Shown: piece by piece, positions 1-9,095 of the stretch
Position numbering within the stretch: position 1 is the first letter of the stretch
Layout of the letters: every line of letters begins with the position of its first letter
Assembly (NCBI GenBank): GCA_964353355.1
Contig: CAYGVT010000032.1
Coordinates: forward strand, 161-64,160
Reading direction: 5' to 3'
From: an uncultured Thermoplasmata archaeon
GTDB taxonomy: Archaea; Thermoplasmatota; DTKX01; GCA-020343715
Length of the DNA stretch: 64,000 nt
The notes under the pieces: model-generated
The model's database searches: none
What the model saw: only the letters and a program-made list of their open reading frames with translations
Told to the model about the DNA's origin: nothing
Translations under genes and position numbers: made by a program

Positions 1-59
1 GAGGCGCGCGATATCCAGGACCATCCGGGACCGGAGGAACAGCGAGCGGGGATAAAAGG

Positions 60-437
60 TTATGGACCCGGTCTGGAGCGGGTCGCGACGCGCAGCTCGC
101 GGCAGCGGCGCGCGACGGCCTCGCGGCGCAGCGATTCGAGGAGGGCCGCGCCCACACCGCGCCCGCGCCACGAGTCGAGAACGACGAGGCGGTCGACCGT
201 CGCGACGAGGGAGCCGTCGGTGCCCATGCCGATGCGCATCGTCTCGAGGCCGACCACCTTGCCCGCCTCACCCGCGACCGCGATGAGGGCGCATGGCGCG
301 GGGCCTTCTAGCATCGAGAGCGCGTGGCTGGCCTCGCCCTGCGGTGCGCTGGAATCCCTCAGCATCTCCTCGACGGCCGACCGGTCTGCGGACGTGGCGG
401 CCCGAATCGTGAACTCGCCCACGGTCGGGTCATGCAC
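60..437 (-). CDS. GNAT family N-acetyltransferase
   Basis: 125 aa; N-terminal 'FTIRAATSAD' and acetyl-CoA binding motif A 'RLVVLDSWRGRGVGAALL'. Confidence 0.8.
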   Translation of the reverse strand: MHDPTVGEFTIRAATSADRSAVEEMLRDSSAPQGEASHALSMLEGPAPCALIAVAGEAGKVVGLETMRIGMGTDGSLVATVDRLVVLDSWRGRGVGAALLESLRREAVARRCRELRVATRSRPGP

Positions 438-515
438 GGAGGGGGATATCCGCCTTACTATCGACCTCGGCGTGCAGTGGGGAGAGGCATGTCTGAAGGT
501 GATGGGGTAAGTGAA

Positions 516-577
516 GGAAAAAAAAGAGAAAAAAGAAAAAAAAAAGGAGAGGGGCCTGGCCGCTCACCAGGTCCCCT
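516..577 (-). terminator. Hairpin plus long oligo-U tract downstream of the malic enzyme gene
   Basis: Imperfect stem aggggcctgg (550-559) / ccaggtcccct (567-577), followed on the minus strand by a T-rich run of about 28 nt (518-545). Confidence 0.7.
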
Positions 578-592
578 GCGCTTGGGGCTTGC

Positions 593-2032
593 CTAGACCT
601 TCGGGGGCTTCTTGATGAAGCCGGTCTTCATCATCATGCCCGTGAGCCTGCGGGACCGGCGGATGATGCTCTCCGCACGCTCCATGAGCTCCTGCCGGGT
701 CGGCTTGACGCGCGCGATGCCCTGCTCGATGGCCTTCATGCCGACGGCCACGGCCTCGCGCGGGAAGACCTCCCACTCGGACATGAGCGGCACGATGTAC
801 TCCCGCGTGAGCCCCTTGTCCTCGGCGGTCTTTGCGAGCTCCAGCGCGGCGGCGATGCACATCTCGTCCGTGATGGTCGTCGCGCGCACGTCGAGCGTGC
901 CGCGGAAGATGCCGGGGAACCCGAGCGAGTTGTTCACCTGGTTGGGGAAGTCCGACCTGCCGGTGGCCATGACGTAGGCGCCGGCCTCGACGGCCTCCCA
1001 GGGCCAGATCTCGGGGATGGGGTTGGCGGTCGCGAACACGATGGACTTGCTCGCCATGCCCCTGAGCTCGTCGGGCTTGATGGTGCCAGGGCCGGGCTTG
1101 GACGCGGCCAGGCATGCGTCGGCGCCCTTGAGCGCGTCCTTGAGCGTGCCGGTCACACCCTCGGCGTTCGAGTTCAGGCACATGTCCCACTTGGTCGGGT
1201 CGACCTTGGGGTCGATGTCCGTTCGGCCGGGGTGCAAAACGCCCTTGGAGTCCACCATCACTATGTTCTTCTTGGTGACGCCAGCGGCCACGATGACGCG
1301 CGCGATGGCGATGTTGGCGGCGCCCGCGCCCACCATGGTCACCTTCATCTCGGGCAGCTTCTTCCCGACCATCTTGGCGGCGTTTATGAGGCCCGCGGCC
1401 ACGATGGTCGCCGTGCCCTGCTGGTCGTCGTGCCAGACGGGTATCTCGCACTCCTTGCGCAGCCTGTCGAGGATGTAGAAGCACTTGGGCTTGGAGATGT
1501 CCTCGAGGTTGATGCCGCCGACAGAGGGCTGCAGCAGCTTCACGAACTCGATTATCTTCTCGGGGTCCTTGGTGCCTATGCAAAGCGGGTAGGCGTCCAC
1601 GCCGCCGAGGTACTTGAACAGAAGCGACTTGCCCTCCATGACGGGCATGCCGGCCTCCGGGCCGATGTCGCCAAGGCCCAGCACGCGCGTGCCGTCCGAG
1701 ACCACCGCGATGGTGTTCCATCGGTTGGTCTGGCGGAAGCTCTCGAGCTTGTCCTTGTTGATGAGCTTGCACGGCTCGGCCACGCCAGGCGTGTACCAGA
1801 TGGCGAAGTCGTCGAAGTTGCGTATGGCGCACCTCGGAACGACCTCTATCTTCCCCTGGTAGAACGGATGGTAGGCCGTGGCAAGGGCCTTCGGCCTGTT
1901 GGCCTTCGCGAGCATCTCCTCGACCGTGAAGACCTTCTTCTCTGGAGCCTTGGGCCTCCTAGCGGCCTTGCGCGCGGGTTTCCTCGCCGCCCGCTTGGGC
2001 GCCTTCTTGATGGACTTCTTTGGTTTTGGCAT
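593..2032 (-). CDS. NAD(P)-dependent malic enzyme with Lys/Arg-rich N-terminal tail
   Basis: Motifs [59 protein letters not shown]. Confidence 0.95.
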   Translation of the reverse strand: MPKPKKSIKKAPKRAARKPARKAARRPKAPEKKVFTVEEMLAKANRPKALATAYHPFYQGKIEVVPRCAIRNFDDFAIWYTPGVAEPCKLINKDKLESFRQTNRWNTIAVVSDGTRVLGLGDIGPEAGMPVMEGKSLLFKYLGGVDAYPLCIGTKDPEKIIEFVKLLQPSVGGINLEDISKPKCFYILDRLRKECEIPVWHDDQQGTATIVAAGLINAAKMVGKKLPEMKVTMVGAGAANIAIARVIVAAGVTKKNIVMVDSKGVLHPGRTDIDPKVDPTKWDMCLNSNAEGVTGTLKDALKGADACLAASKPGPGTIKPDELRGMASKSIVFATANPIPEIWPWEAVEAGAYVMATGRSDFPNQVNNSLGFPGIFRGTLDVRATTITDEMCIAAALELAKTAEDKGLTREYIVPLMSEWEVFPREAVAVGMKAIEQGIARVKPTRQELMERAESIIRRSRRLTGMMMKTGFIKKPPKV

Positions 2033-2184
2033 GCGGACCCTCCTGGGGGCTTCAACCGCCCTTGGGGGGAGGGGGAATCAGAATCCCCCTATATAACGGC
2101 TGGTAATGGGCGCCTGGATGGCGCCGCTCCAGGCGGCCCTCCCTTGCACGGCCGGATCGGCAGGCAGGGCCAGGGAGCCCAAGC

Positions 2185-3324
2185 CTACTTCAGGAGCTCC
2201 CTGGCGATGACCAGGCGCTGGATCTCGGACGTGCCCTCGCCGATCTCGCAGAGCTTCACGTCGCGCAGGATGCGCTCCACCGCGTAGTCGCGCGTGTAGC
2301 CGTAGCCGCCGTGTATCTGGACGGCCTTGTTGGCGCAGCGGGTCCCCACCTCGGACGCGTAGAGCTTGGCCATCGCGGACTCCTTGAGGAACTTCTTCTT
2401 CGCGTCCTTGAGCGCGGCCGCGTGGTAGACGAGCCACCTGGCCGCAGAGAGCTCCGTGGCCATGTCCGCGAGCATCCACTGGATCGCCTGGAACTGCCCG
2501 ATGGGCTGGCCGAACTGCTCGCGCTCCTTGGAGTACTGCACGGCCAGGTCGAACGCGCCCTGGCCAAGGCCCAGCGCGAGGGCGGCGATGGATATCCGGC
2601 CCTCGTCCAGGATGTCGAGCGCGCCGTGAAAGCCCTTGCCGCGCTCGCCCAGCAGGTTCTCCTTGGGCACGCGGCAGTCCTCGAAGAAGAGCTCCGACGT
2701 CACCGAGCCGTGCAGGCCCATCTTCTTCTCGTCCTTGCCATAGGTATAGCCTGGCGTGCCGTTCTCGACCAGGATGGCCGAGATGCCGCGCGTGCCCTTG
2801 CCAGGGTCGGTGCGGGCCATGATGACGGTCAGGCCTGCGATGGAGCCGTTGGTGATGAACGTCTTGTTGCCGTTGATGACCCACTCGTCGCCCTCGAGCG
2901 CGGCGGTGGTCTCGGTCGCGCCCGCGTCGGAGCCCGCGTTGGGCTCGGTCAGGCCCCAGGCGCCCATCCACTCGCCGGAGGCGAGCTTGGGCAGGTACCT
3001 CCGCTTCTGCTCCTCGGTGCCATGCCTGAGGATGTGGCCCGTGCACAGGGAGTTGTGGGCGGCGACCGTTATGCCGGTGGAGCCGCAGGCGCGCGAGAGC
3101 TCCTCGACGACGATGGCGTAGCTCACCGTGTCCGCCCCCGCGCCGCCGTACTCCTGGGGCACCAGCATGCCCATGAAGCCCATCGGGGCCATCTTCCTGT
3201 AGATGTCCCAGATGAACTCCTCGCTCTCGTCGTACTGCGCGGCCACGGGCTTCACCTCGCTCTGGGCGAAGTCGTAGGCGAGCTGCCTGACCATGAGCTG
3301 GGCCTTGGTGAGGTCGAACTGCAA
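2185..3324 (-). CDS. Short-chain acyl-CoA dehydrogenase
   Basis: [59 protein letters not shown]. Start set at TTG 3324, which follows a GGAGG RBS. Confidence 0.93.
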   Translation of the reverse strand: MQFDLTKAQLMVRQLAYDFAQSEVKPVAAQYDESEEFIWDIYRKMAPMGFMGMLVPQEYGGAGADTVSYAIVVEELSRACGSTGITVAAHNSLCTGHILRHGTEEQKRRYLPKLASGEWMGAWGLTEPNAGSDAGATETTAALEGDEWVINGNKTFITNGSIAGLTVIMARTDPGKGTRGISAILVENGTPGYTYGKDEKKMGLHGSVTSELFFEDCRVPKENLLGERGKGFHGALDILDEGRISIAALALGLGQGAFDLAVQYSKEREQFGQPIGQFQAIQWMLADMATELSAARWLVYHAAALKDAKKKFLKESAMAKLYASEVGTRCANKAVQIHGGYGYTRDYAVERILRDVKLCEIGEGTSEIQRLVIARELLK

Positions 3325-3521
3325 GCTACCGCCTCCAGGGGGGCCTATGCAATGCTGGACAGGGCCCCGACCGGGACGGCGCCCGGAACGGGTTGGCGCA
3401 TAATAAATGCTTGTGCGGTCCTGGTGGATGGGCCGGCCGCCACTGGTTTTGGGAGCTGACGGCGCATGGGCAAGGCTTATGTAGGGCAGTCCCATCTCCC
3501 CGTTCCGACAAGGTGGTGACG

Positions 3522-4121
3522 ATGGACCTCGCCGAGCTCGGCCAGCTGGTGGTGCTCTTCTTCGTCATCATCGACCCCATCACCTCGTTCGCGGTGTTCT
3601 TCGTGCTGACCTCCGACAAGACGGAGGCGGAGCGCATGCGCACCGCCACGCTGGCCGTGACGGTCGCCGCGGGGCTGGCCTACACAGTGCTCCTGCTGGG
3701 CTCGTTCCTGCTCGACATGTTCTCGACGAGCATCGAGGACCTGCGCGTCGCGGGCGGCATCATCCTGCTCATCCTGGGCATCCAGATGGCGCTGGGCATG
3801 TCCTACACGGGCAGCGAGGGAGGCGGGAACCACAAGTCCATCCAGGCCATCGCATCCATCGTGGCGACCCCGTTCCTGTCGGGCCCGGCAACGATAACGG
3901 CCATCATCATCTCCGAGTCCGACTTCGGGCTGCTCCTCACCGGCCTGGCCGTGACCATCGTCTTGGTCTTCACGGCCGTCCTGTTCGTGCTCTCCGCAAA
4001 GCTCAACAGGTTCATCCACCGCACACCGGTCCAGATAATGTCGACGGTGCTGGGCGTCATCACCATCGCGTGGGGCGTCAACTACATCCGCACGGGCCTC
4101 GTGGCCGCGCTGGGCCTGTGA
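3522..4121 (+). CDS. MarC family integral membrane protein
   Basis: About six hydrophobic helices; 'FFVIIDP', '[10 protein letters not shown]', '[12 protein letters not shown]'. ATG 3522 follows a GGTGA RBS. Confidence 0.88.
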   Translation: MDLAELGQLVVLFFVIIDPITSFAVFFVLTSDKTEAERMRTATLAVTVAAGLAYTVLLLGSFLLDMFSTSIEDLRVAGGIILLILGIQMALGMSYTGSEGGGNHKSIQAIASIVATPFLSGPATITAIIISESDFGLLLTGLAVTIVLVFTAVLFVLSAKLNRFIHRTPVQIMSTVLGVITIAWGVNYIRTGLVAALGL

Positions 4122-4136
4122 GGCCGCGCCACGCGC

Positions 4137-4568
4137 TCACGCGATGAAGACGAGCATCTCGGTGACGTGCTTCGTGCCCTTGAGCCTGTTGTGCGCCGCG
4201 CGCACGTCGGCCGCCTCGCCGGAGAACATCAGCACCTCGCAGCAGTGGCGGGGGCACTCCCCGGCCTTCCCCCGGCGGCACGTTATCTCGGAGTGCATGA
4301 AGGAGGAGAACACCTCCATGTGCTCGTGGCGGATGGCGCTCACGGCCACCTCGGCCTCGTGGTCGTAGAGCAGGATGATGGCCCCCTCGATGTGGCCCGC
4401 CTCGCTCTCGAGCTCGACCTTTGACCTGAGCAGCCCCTTGACGGCGTCGCGCACGAGCTCGGACCGGCTCGGGTAGCCCACCTCCTCGACGGCGCGGTCC
4501 ATCTCCTTGACAGTGCCCAGCGGGAGGCTCACGGACACTATCTCCAAGTCCTTGCCCTTGCGGGTCAT
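4137..4568 (-). CDS. NikR-like regulator (ribbon-helix-helix plus ACT-like metal-binding domain), variant metal site
   Basis: IVSVSLP...GYPSRSELVRDAV (RHH); 'LLYDHE', 'IRHEH', 'FMHSE', 'CCEVL' match the NikR C-terminal domain pattern. Confidence 0.8.
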   Translation of the reverse strand: MTRKGKDLEIVSVSLPLGTVKEMDRAVEEVGYPSRSELVRDAVKGLLRSKVELESEAGHIEGAIILLYDHEAEVAVSAIRHEHMEVFSSFMHSEITCRRGKAGECPRHCCEVLMFSGEAADVRAAHNRLKGTKHVTEMLVFIA

Positions 4569-4605
4569 GTGTGCACGCACCTCATCCCCGACGAACGTCC
4601 CGACG

Positions 4606-4647
4606 GTTAATAAAAGTATTTGAGCAGGCCCCCCATTTGTTATTAAC
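4606..4647. promoter_or_regulatory. Inverted repeat GTTAATAA-N26-TTATTAAC in the divergent nikR-like/acyl-CoA synthetase promoter
   Basis: Perfect 8-bp AT-rich inverted repeat (4606-4613, 4640-4647) in a GC-rich background; a further GTTATTA at 4694-4700. Confidence 0.45.
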
Positions 4648-4754
4648 GGCCCGCTCCGACGCCGGGGTCCCCTCGCCGCCACCCCGGGCAAGTGTTATTA
4701 CGGGCAGGGCCGATTCGCCCATCCCCGGGTTGCCCCCGCTAGGAGACCGATGCC

Positions 4755-6692
4755 ATGGACGAAGTCGTATTCCGCCCGAGCCAGGAGATGGTCGATAGCG
4801 CCAACGTCACGAGGTTCATGCGCAAGCACGGCATCGCGACGTACGACGAGCTCATCGAGAGGACGTCGCGCGAGAACGAGTGGTTCTGGGACGTCGTGAC
4901 GGAGGACCTGGGCATCGAGTGGTTCCGCAAGTACAAGACTGTGCGCGACACCTCCGCAGGCATCCCGTGGACCAAGTGGTACATCGGGGGCCGCCTCAAC
5001 ATCGTGCACAACTGCCTCGACCGCCACGCCAAGGGCGGGCTGCGGGGCAAGAGCGCGCTCGTCTGGGAGGGGGAGGAGGGCGCGAAACGGCTTTACACCT
5101 TCGAGGCGCTCTACCGCGAGGTCAACCGCGCCGCGAACGCGCTGCGCGAGCTCGGCGTGGGCAAGGGCGACACGGTCGGCCTGTACATGCCCATGGTGCC
5201 GGAGACGGTAATCACGCTGCTCGCGTGCCTCAAAGTCGGCGCCATCGCCATCCCCATCTTCTCGGGCTACGCCCCTCCAGCGGTCGCGCAGCGGCTGAGC
5301 GACGCCAAGGCCAAGGTGCTGTTCACGGCCGATGGCTCCATAAGGCGCGGCAAGGGCGTGCGCATCAAGCCCAACGCGGACGAGGCCGTTGCCACCGTCC
5401 CCTCAATCGAGCACGTCGTGGTGGTCAGGCGCACGGGCGAGCAGGTCGCCTGGACCGAGGGGCGCGACATCTGGTGGCACGACCTCGTACCGCGCCAGCG
5501 CTCGGTCGCGAGGACTGCGCGAATGGAATCCGAGGACGTCGCGCTCATCATCTACACCTCGGGCACCACCGGCCTCCCCAAGGGCACGGTGCACACGCAC
5601 GCAGGCACGCTCGTCCAGGTGACCAAGGAGGTGGGCTACTTCTTCGACATGAAGCCCACGGACGTCTTCTTCTGGCTGAGCGACATCGGTTGGATGATGG
5701 GCCCCTGGATGATCATCGGGGGCCTCTTCCACGGCGCGACCGTGCTCATCTACGAGGGCGCGCCCAACCACCCCGGGCCCGACCGGCTCTGGGACATGGT
5801 GAGCCGCCACGGCATCACGGTGTTCGGCATCTCCCCGACCGCGATACGCATGTTGATGACATCGGGGACGAACCCGGTGCGCGCGCACGACCTCGGCACG
5901 CTCCGCATCCTCGGCTCGACCGGCGAGCCGTGGGACCCGGAGTCCTGGACCTGGTACTTCGAGAACATCGGCGGTCGCAACTGCCCCATCATCAACATCT
6001 CTGGCGGCACCGACATCGTCGGCTGCTTCCTCGCCCCGCTGCCCATCTGCGACCTCAAGCCCTGCACCCTCCGTGGCCCTGGTCTGGGCATGGTAATAGA
6101 CGTCTGGGACGATGGGGGGCATCCCCTCAGGGGCGAGGTGGGCTACCTCGTGGCCACGCAGCCCGCGCCCTCCATGACGCGGGGGCTCTGGGGCGCGCCG
6201 GAGAGGTACATCGAGGCTTACTGGAGCCGGTGGAAGGACGTGTGGGACCACGGAGACTGGGCGCTCGTGGACAAGGACGGGTTCTGGTTCCTGCGCGGCC
6301 GCGCGGACGACACCATCAAGGTCGCGGGGCGGCGCATCGGCCCCGCGGAGATAGAGAGCGCGCTCATGGACCACGGCTCGGTCGCCGAGGCGGCCGCCAT
6401 AGGCGTGCCCCATGCTGTGAAGGGCGAGGGCATCGTCGCGTTCGTCGTGCTCAAGAAGGGGGTCGAGCCCACGGAGCAGCTGCGCGATTCGCTCAAGGAC
6501 GCGGTCGCGGCGCACCTGGGCAAGGTCGACCGACCAGAGGACGTGCGGTTCGTGCGGGAGCTGCCCAAGACCCGGTCGGCCAAGATCGTCCGCCGCGTCA
6601 TCAAGAAGCGGTTCCTGGGCGAGACGAACCTCGGCGACCTCTCGTCGGTGGAGAACCCCGACGCCATAGAGGAGATCGCACGGTCGCGATGA
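4755..6692 (+). CDS. AMP-forming acetyl/acyl-CoA synthetase (AcsA-like)
   Basis: IIYTSGTTGLPKG, STGEPW, GRADDTIKVAGRRIG, LPKTRSAKI; N-terminal ACAS_N-like region. Confidence 0.93.
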   Translation: MDEVVFRPSQEMVDSANVTRFMRKHGIATYDELIERTSRENEWFWDVVTEDLGIEWFRKYKTVRDTSAGIPWTKWYIGGRLNIVHNCLDRHAKGGLRGKSALVWEGEEGAKRLYTFEALYREVNRAANALRELGVGKGDTVGLYMPMVPETVITLLACLKVGAIAIPIFSGYAPPAVAQRLSDAKAKVLFTADGSIRRGKGVRIKPNADEAVATVPSIEHVVVVRRTGEQVAWTEGRDIWWHDLVPRQRSVARTARMESEDVALIIYTSGTTGLPKGTVHTHAGTLVQVTKEVGYFFDMKPTDVFFWLSDIGWMMGPWMIIGGLFHGATVLIYEGAPNHPGPDRLWDMVSRHGITVFGISPTAIRMLMTSGTNPVRAHDLGTLRILGSTGEPWDPESWTWYFENIGGRNCPIINISGGTDIVGCFLAPLPICDLKPCTLRGPGLGMVIDVWDDGGHPLRGEVGYLVATQPAPSMTRGLWGAPERYIEAYWSRWKDVWDHGDWALVDKDGFWFLRGRADDTIKVAGRRIGPAEIESALMDHGSVAEAAAIGVPHAVKGEGIVAFVVLKKGVEPTEQLRDSLKDAVAAHLGKVDRPEDVRFVRELPKTRSAKIVRRVIKKRFLGETNLGDLSSVENPDAIEEIARSR

Positions 6693-6813
6693 GGACGACC
6701 CCGGCTCCATGGGACGACCCCGGAGGGCCTCCACCAACGCTCATGCGCAAAGGCTTATCCTTCATCCGGGCCATTCCCCCGCGGGGCCCGTTGCCCCCCG
6801 GTGGATGGTGCGA

Positions 6814-8124
6814 ATGGTTAGGAAGGTCGCTATAGTCGGCGGAGGCATCTCGCGCTACGAGAAGCCTCGCAGGGACAACTTCGAGGAGATGGTCACCGAG
6901 GCGGTCAAGGAGGCGATGGAGGACAACCCGCGCCTTGACCTCAAGGACGTCGACAACCACGTCGTGTCCTACTTCTCGGACCACTTCGCGCAGCAGCTGG
7001 CTGCGAGCTGGATACCCAACGACTACCTGGGCCTGTGCCCCAGGTCGGTCATGCGCGTCGAGAACGGTGGCGCGGGCCCCGGCACGACGGTGCGCGCGGC
7101 CTGGGCCGTCGTGGCATCGGGGCTGTCCGACCTGTGCCTCGTCACGGGCTTCGAGAAGCAGGGCGAGGTGTCCTCGGCGAAGGCGAACGAGTTCATCGCG
7201 CTCGCCTCCGACACCGACTGGGACTTCCCCGTGGGCGGGTACTACACCGGCTACTACGCCGCCATGATTCAGCGCCACATGTACCTCTTCGGCACGACCG
7301 AGGAGGACATGGCCCTCATCGCGGTGAAGAACCGGAACTACGCGCTCGACAACCCCTACGCACAGTGGCCCGTCGAGAACGGCCGCAAGGCCATCAAGGT
7401 CCAGGACGTGCTCGACTCGCGCGTGGTCGCCTGGCCGCTCAAGGTGCTCGACTGCTGCCTTCTGAGCGAGGGCGCGTCTTGCGTGTTCCTCGCGTCCGAG
7501 GACGTCGCCCGCAGGTACACGGACACGCCCATCTGGATAACCGGCGTGGGCCTCGCGTCGGACATGATGAGGCCCGGCGACAGGCCCGACAACCCGGGCT
7601 TCCACAACATGTTCCCCGAGGAGTACGACGCGTACCCCAAGCATGCCATCCGCCCGCGCGAGCCCTACCCGGACATCGCCAACTTCGGCGCGTGCCGCGT
7701 CGCGGCGCGAGAGGCCTACAGGATGGCCAACATCACGAACCCCTTCAAGCAGCTGGACGTCGTCGAGGTCCACGACGCCTACGACAGCTCGGAGCTGCAG
7801 ACGTACGAGGACCTGGAGCTGTGCAAGCGCGGCCACGGCAAGGACCTCATCAGGGATGGCCACACCTACGTGGACGGTGAGGTGCCCGTCAACGTCTCGG
7901 GCGGCCTCGAGGGCTTCGGCCATCCCGTGGGCTCCACCGCCATCGCGCAGACGGTCGAGTGCTACTGGCAGCTCACGCAGATGATCGGGAAGAAGCACTT
8001 GAGCGACAAAACGCAGGTCGACGGCTGCTCGACCGCGCTCAACCACAGCCACGCCGGCACCGGGACCGCGCTCGCGGTGATGATCATGGACCGCGACAAG
8101 GACGCCAAGGACAGGAGGCGGTGA
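6814..8124 (+). CDS. Thiolase-like protein (archaeal SCP2-thiolase type) lacking the N-terminal catalytic Cys
   Basis: VAIVGGG, 'RVENGGAGPG' at the usual ENACASG position, VKNRNYALDNPYAQ, EVHDAY, NVSGGL..GHPVGST. Confidence 0.88.
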   Translation: MVRKVAIVGGGISRYEKPRRDNFEEMVTEAVKEAMEDNPRLDLKDVDNHVVSYFSDHFAQQLAASWIPNDYLGLCPRSVMRVENGGAGPGTTVRAAWAVVASGLSDLCLVTGFEKQGEVSSAKANEFIALASDTDWDFPVGGYYTGYYAAMIQRHMYLFGTTEEDMALIAVKNRNYALDNPYAQWPVENGRKAIKVQDVLDSRVVAWPLKVLDCCLLSEGASCVFLASEDVARRYTDTPIWITGVGLASDMMRPGDRPDNPGFHNMFPEEYDAYPKHAIRPREPYPDIANFGACRVAAREAYRMANITNPFKQLDVVEVHDAYDSSELQTYEDLELCKRGHGKDLIRDGHTYVDGEVPVNVSGGLEGFGHPVGSTAIAQTVECYWQLTQMIGKKHLSDKTQVDGCSTALNHSHAGTGTALAVMIMDRDKDAKDRRR

Positions 8125-8126
8125 CC

Positions 8127-9011
8127 ATGGTGAACGAGAAGGTCATCAAGGAGAAGGCCACGGACCCCCGTTTCAAGGACTGGGGCCGCCTGGGCCGCTG
8201 GGAGACGGCGGGCTGGAAGCTGGTCGAGGTCGACGAGGGACCGCGCGTCGACAAGCTCCAGAGGCGCCGGTACATGGTGGTCGACCGCCCGTGGGACGTG
8301 ATGTACAGCCACAGCTACGGTCGCGTCTCGCCGTTCTTCCTGGGACTGCTCGAGAAGAAGCTCATGGGGACGAGGTGCCCGACGTGCGGCGACACGTTCT
8401 GCCCGCCCCGCGCGCACTGCTGGCGCAACTCGTGCCACCTCCAGGAGACCGAGTGGGTCGAGATGCCCCTGAAGGGGACGCTGCACAGCTACGCCATCAT
8501 GGGCTTCTCGGGCGAGGCGTTCCTGGAGGACCTGCCGTTCATCCTCGCCTACGTGCGCCCCGACGGATGCAACACGATGATAGCCGCGCGGCTCACCGGC
8601 ATCGACCCGTGGGACGTCGAGTGCGACACGCGCGTGAACATCAGGTTCATCGACGACCCCAAGGGCAACCCAATGGACATCTACTTCGTGGCCGATGGGA
8701 GGCCGAAGCGCTCCAAGAGCGAGGCGGAGAAGGCGCGCATCCGCGAGAAGCTGAAGCCCATCTACGAGTGGGTGGCCAAGCGCAAGGAGGCCCGCGCCAA
8801 GGCCGCGACCGCCGCCGCGCCCAAGCCCAAGCCAGCGCCCCTCAAGGCCAAGAAGGCCCCGAGGCCGAGGAAGGCCGCCAAGCGAAAGCCCCGCGTCCGG
8901 AAGGCGGCAAGGCGCGTCCCCGTCGCCAAGCGCGCGCGGAGGCCCAAGCCCAAGAGGGCGAAGAAGGGGAAGGGCGGGCGCAAGGCGAAGAAGGGCGGAA
9001 GGAAGCGATAG
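8127..9011 (+). CDS. DUF35 (Zn-ribbon/OB-fold) thiolase partner with Lys/Arg-rich C-terminal tail
   Basis: KLMGTRCPTCGDTFCPPRAHC, GTLHSY, PFILAYV; starts 2 nt after the thiolase stop, with a GGAGG RBS. Confidence 0.88.
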   Translation: MVNEKVIKEKATDPRFKDWGRLGRWETAGWKLVEVDEGPRVDKLQRRRYMVVDRPWDVMYSHSYGRVSPFFLGLLEKKLMGTRCPTCGDTFCPPRAHCWRNSCHLQETEWVEMPLKGTLHSYAIMGFSGEAFLEDLPFILAYVRPDGCNTMIAARLTGIDPWDVECDTRVNIRFIDDPKGNPMDIYFVADGRPKRSKSEAEKARIREKLKPIYEWVAKRKEARAKAATAAAPKPKPAPLKAKKAPRPRKAAKRKPRVRKAARRVPVAKRARRPKPKRAKKGKGGRKAKKGGRKR

Positions 9012-9095
9012 GCGCCTGGTCGGTGACCGTGCGCCCGACGCCCGCGAACTGGGCATGCCAGTACGGTCCACGTTGCCTCGGTGACCGAGAGGGTC

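Noticed and set aside
3522..4121. MarC as an antibiotic resistance gene
   Set aside because: The family name is historical; MarC is not established as a resistance determinant.
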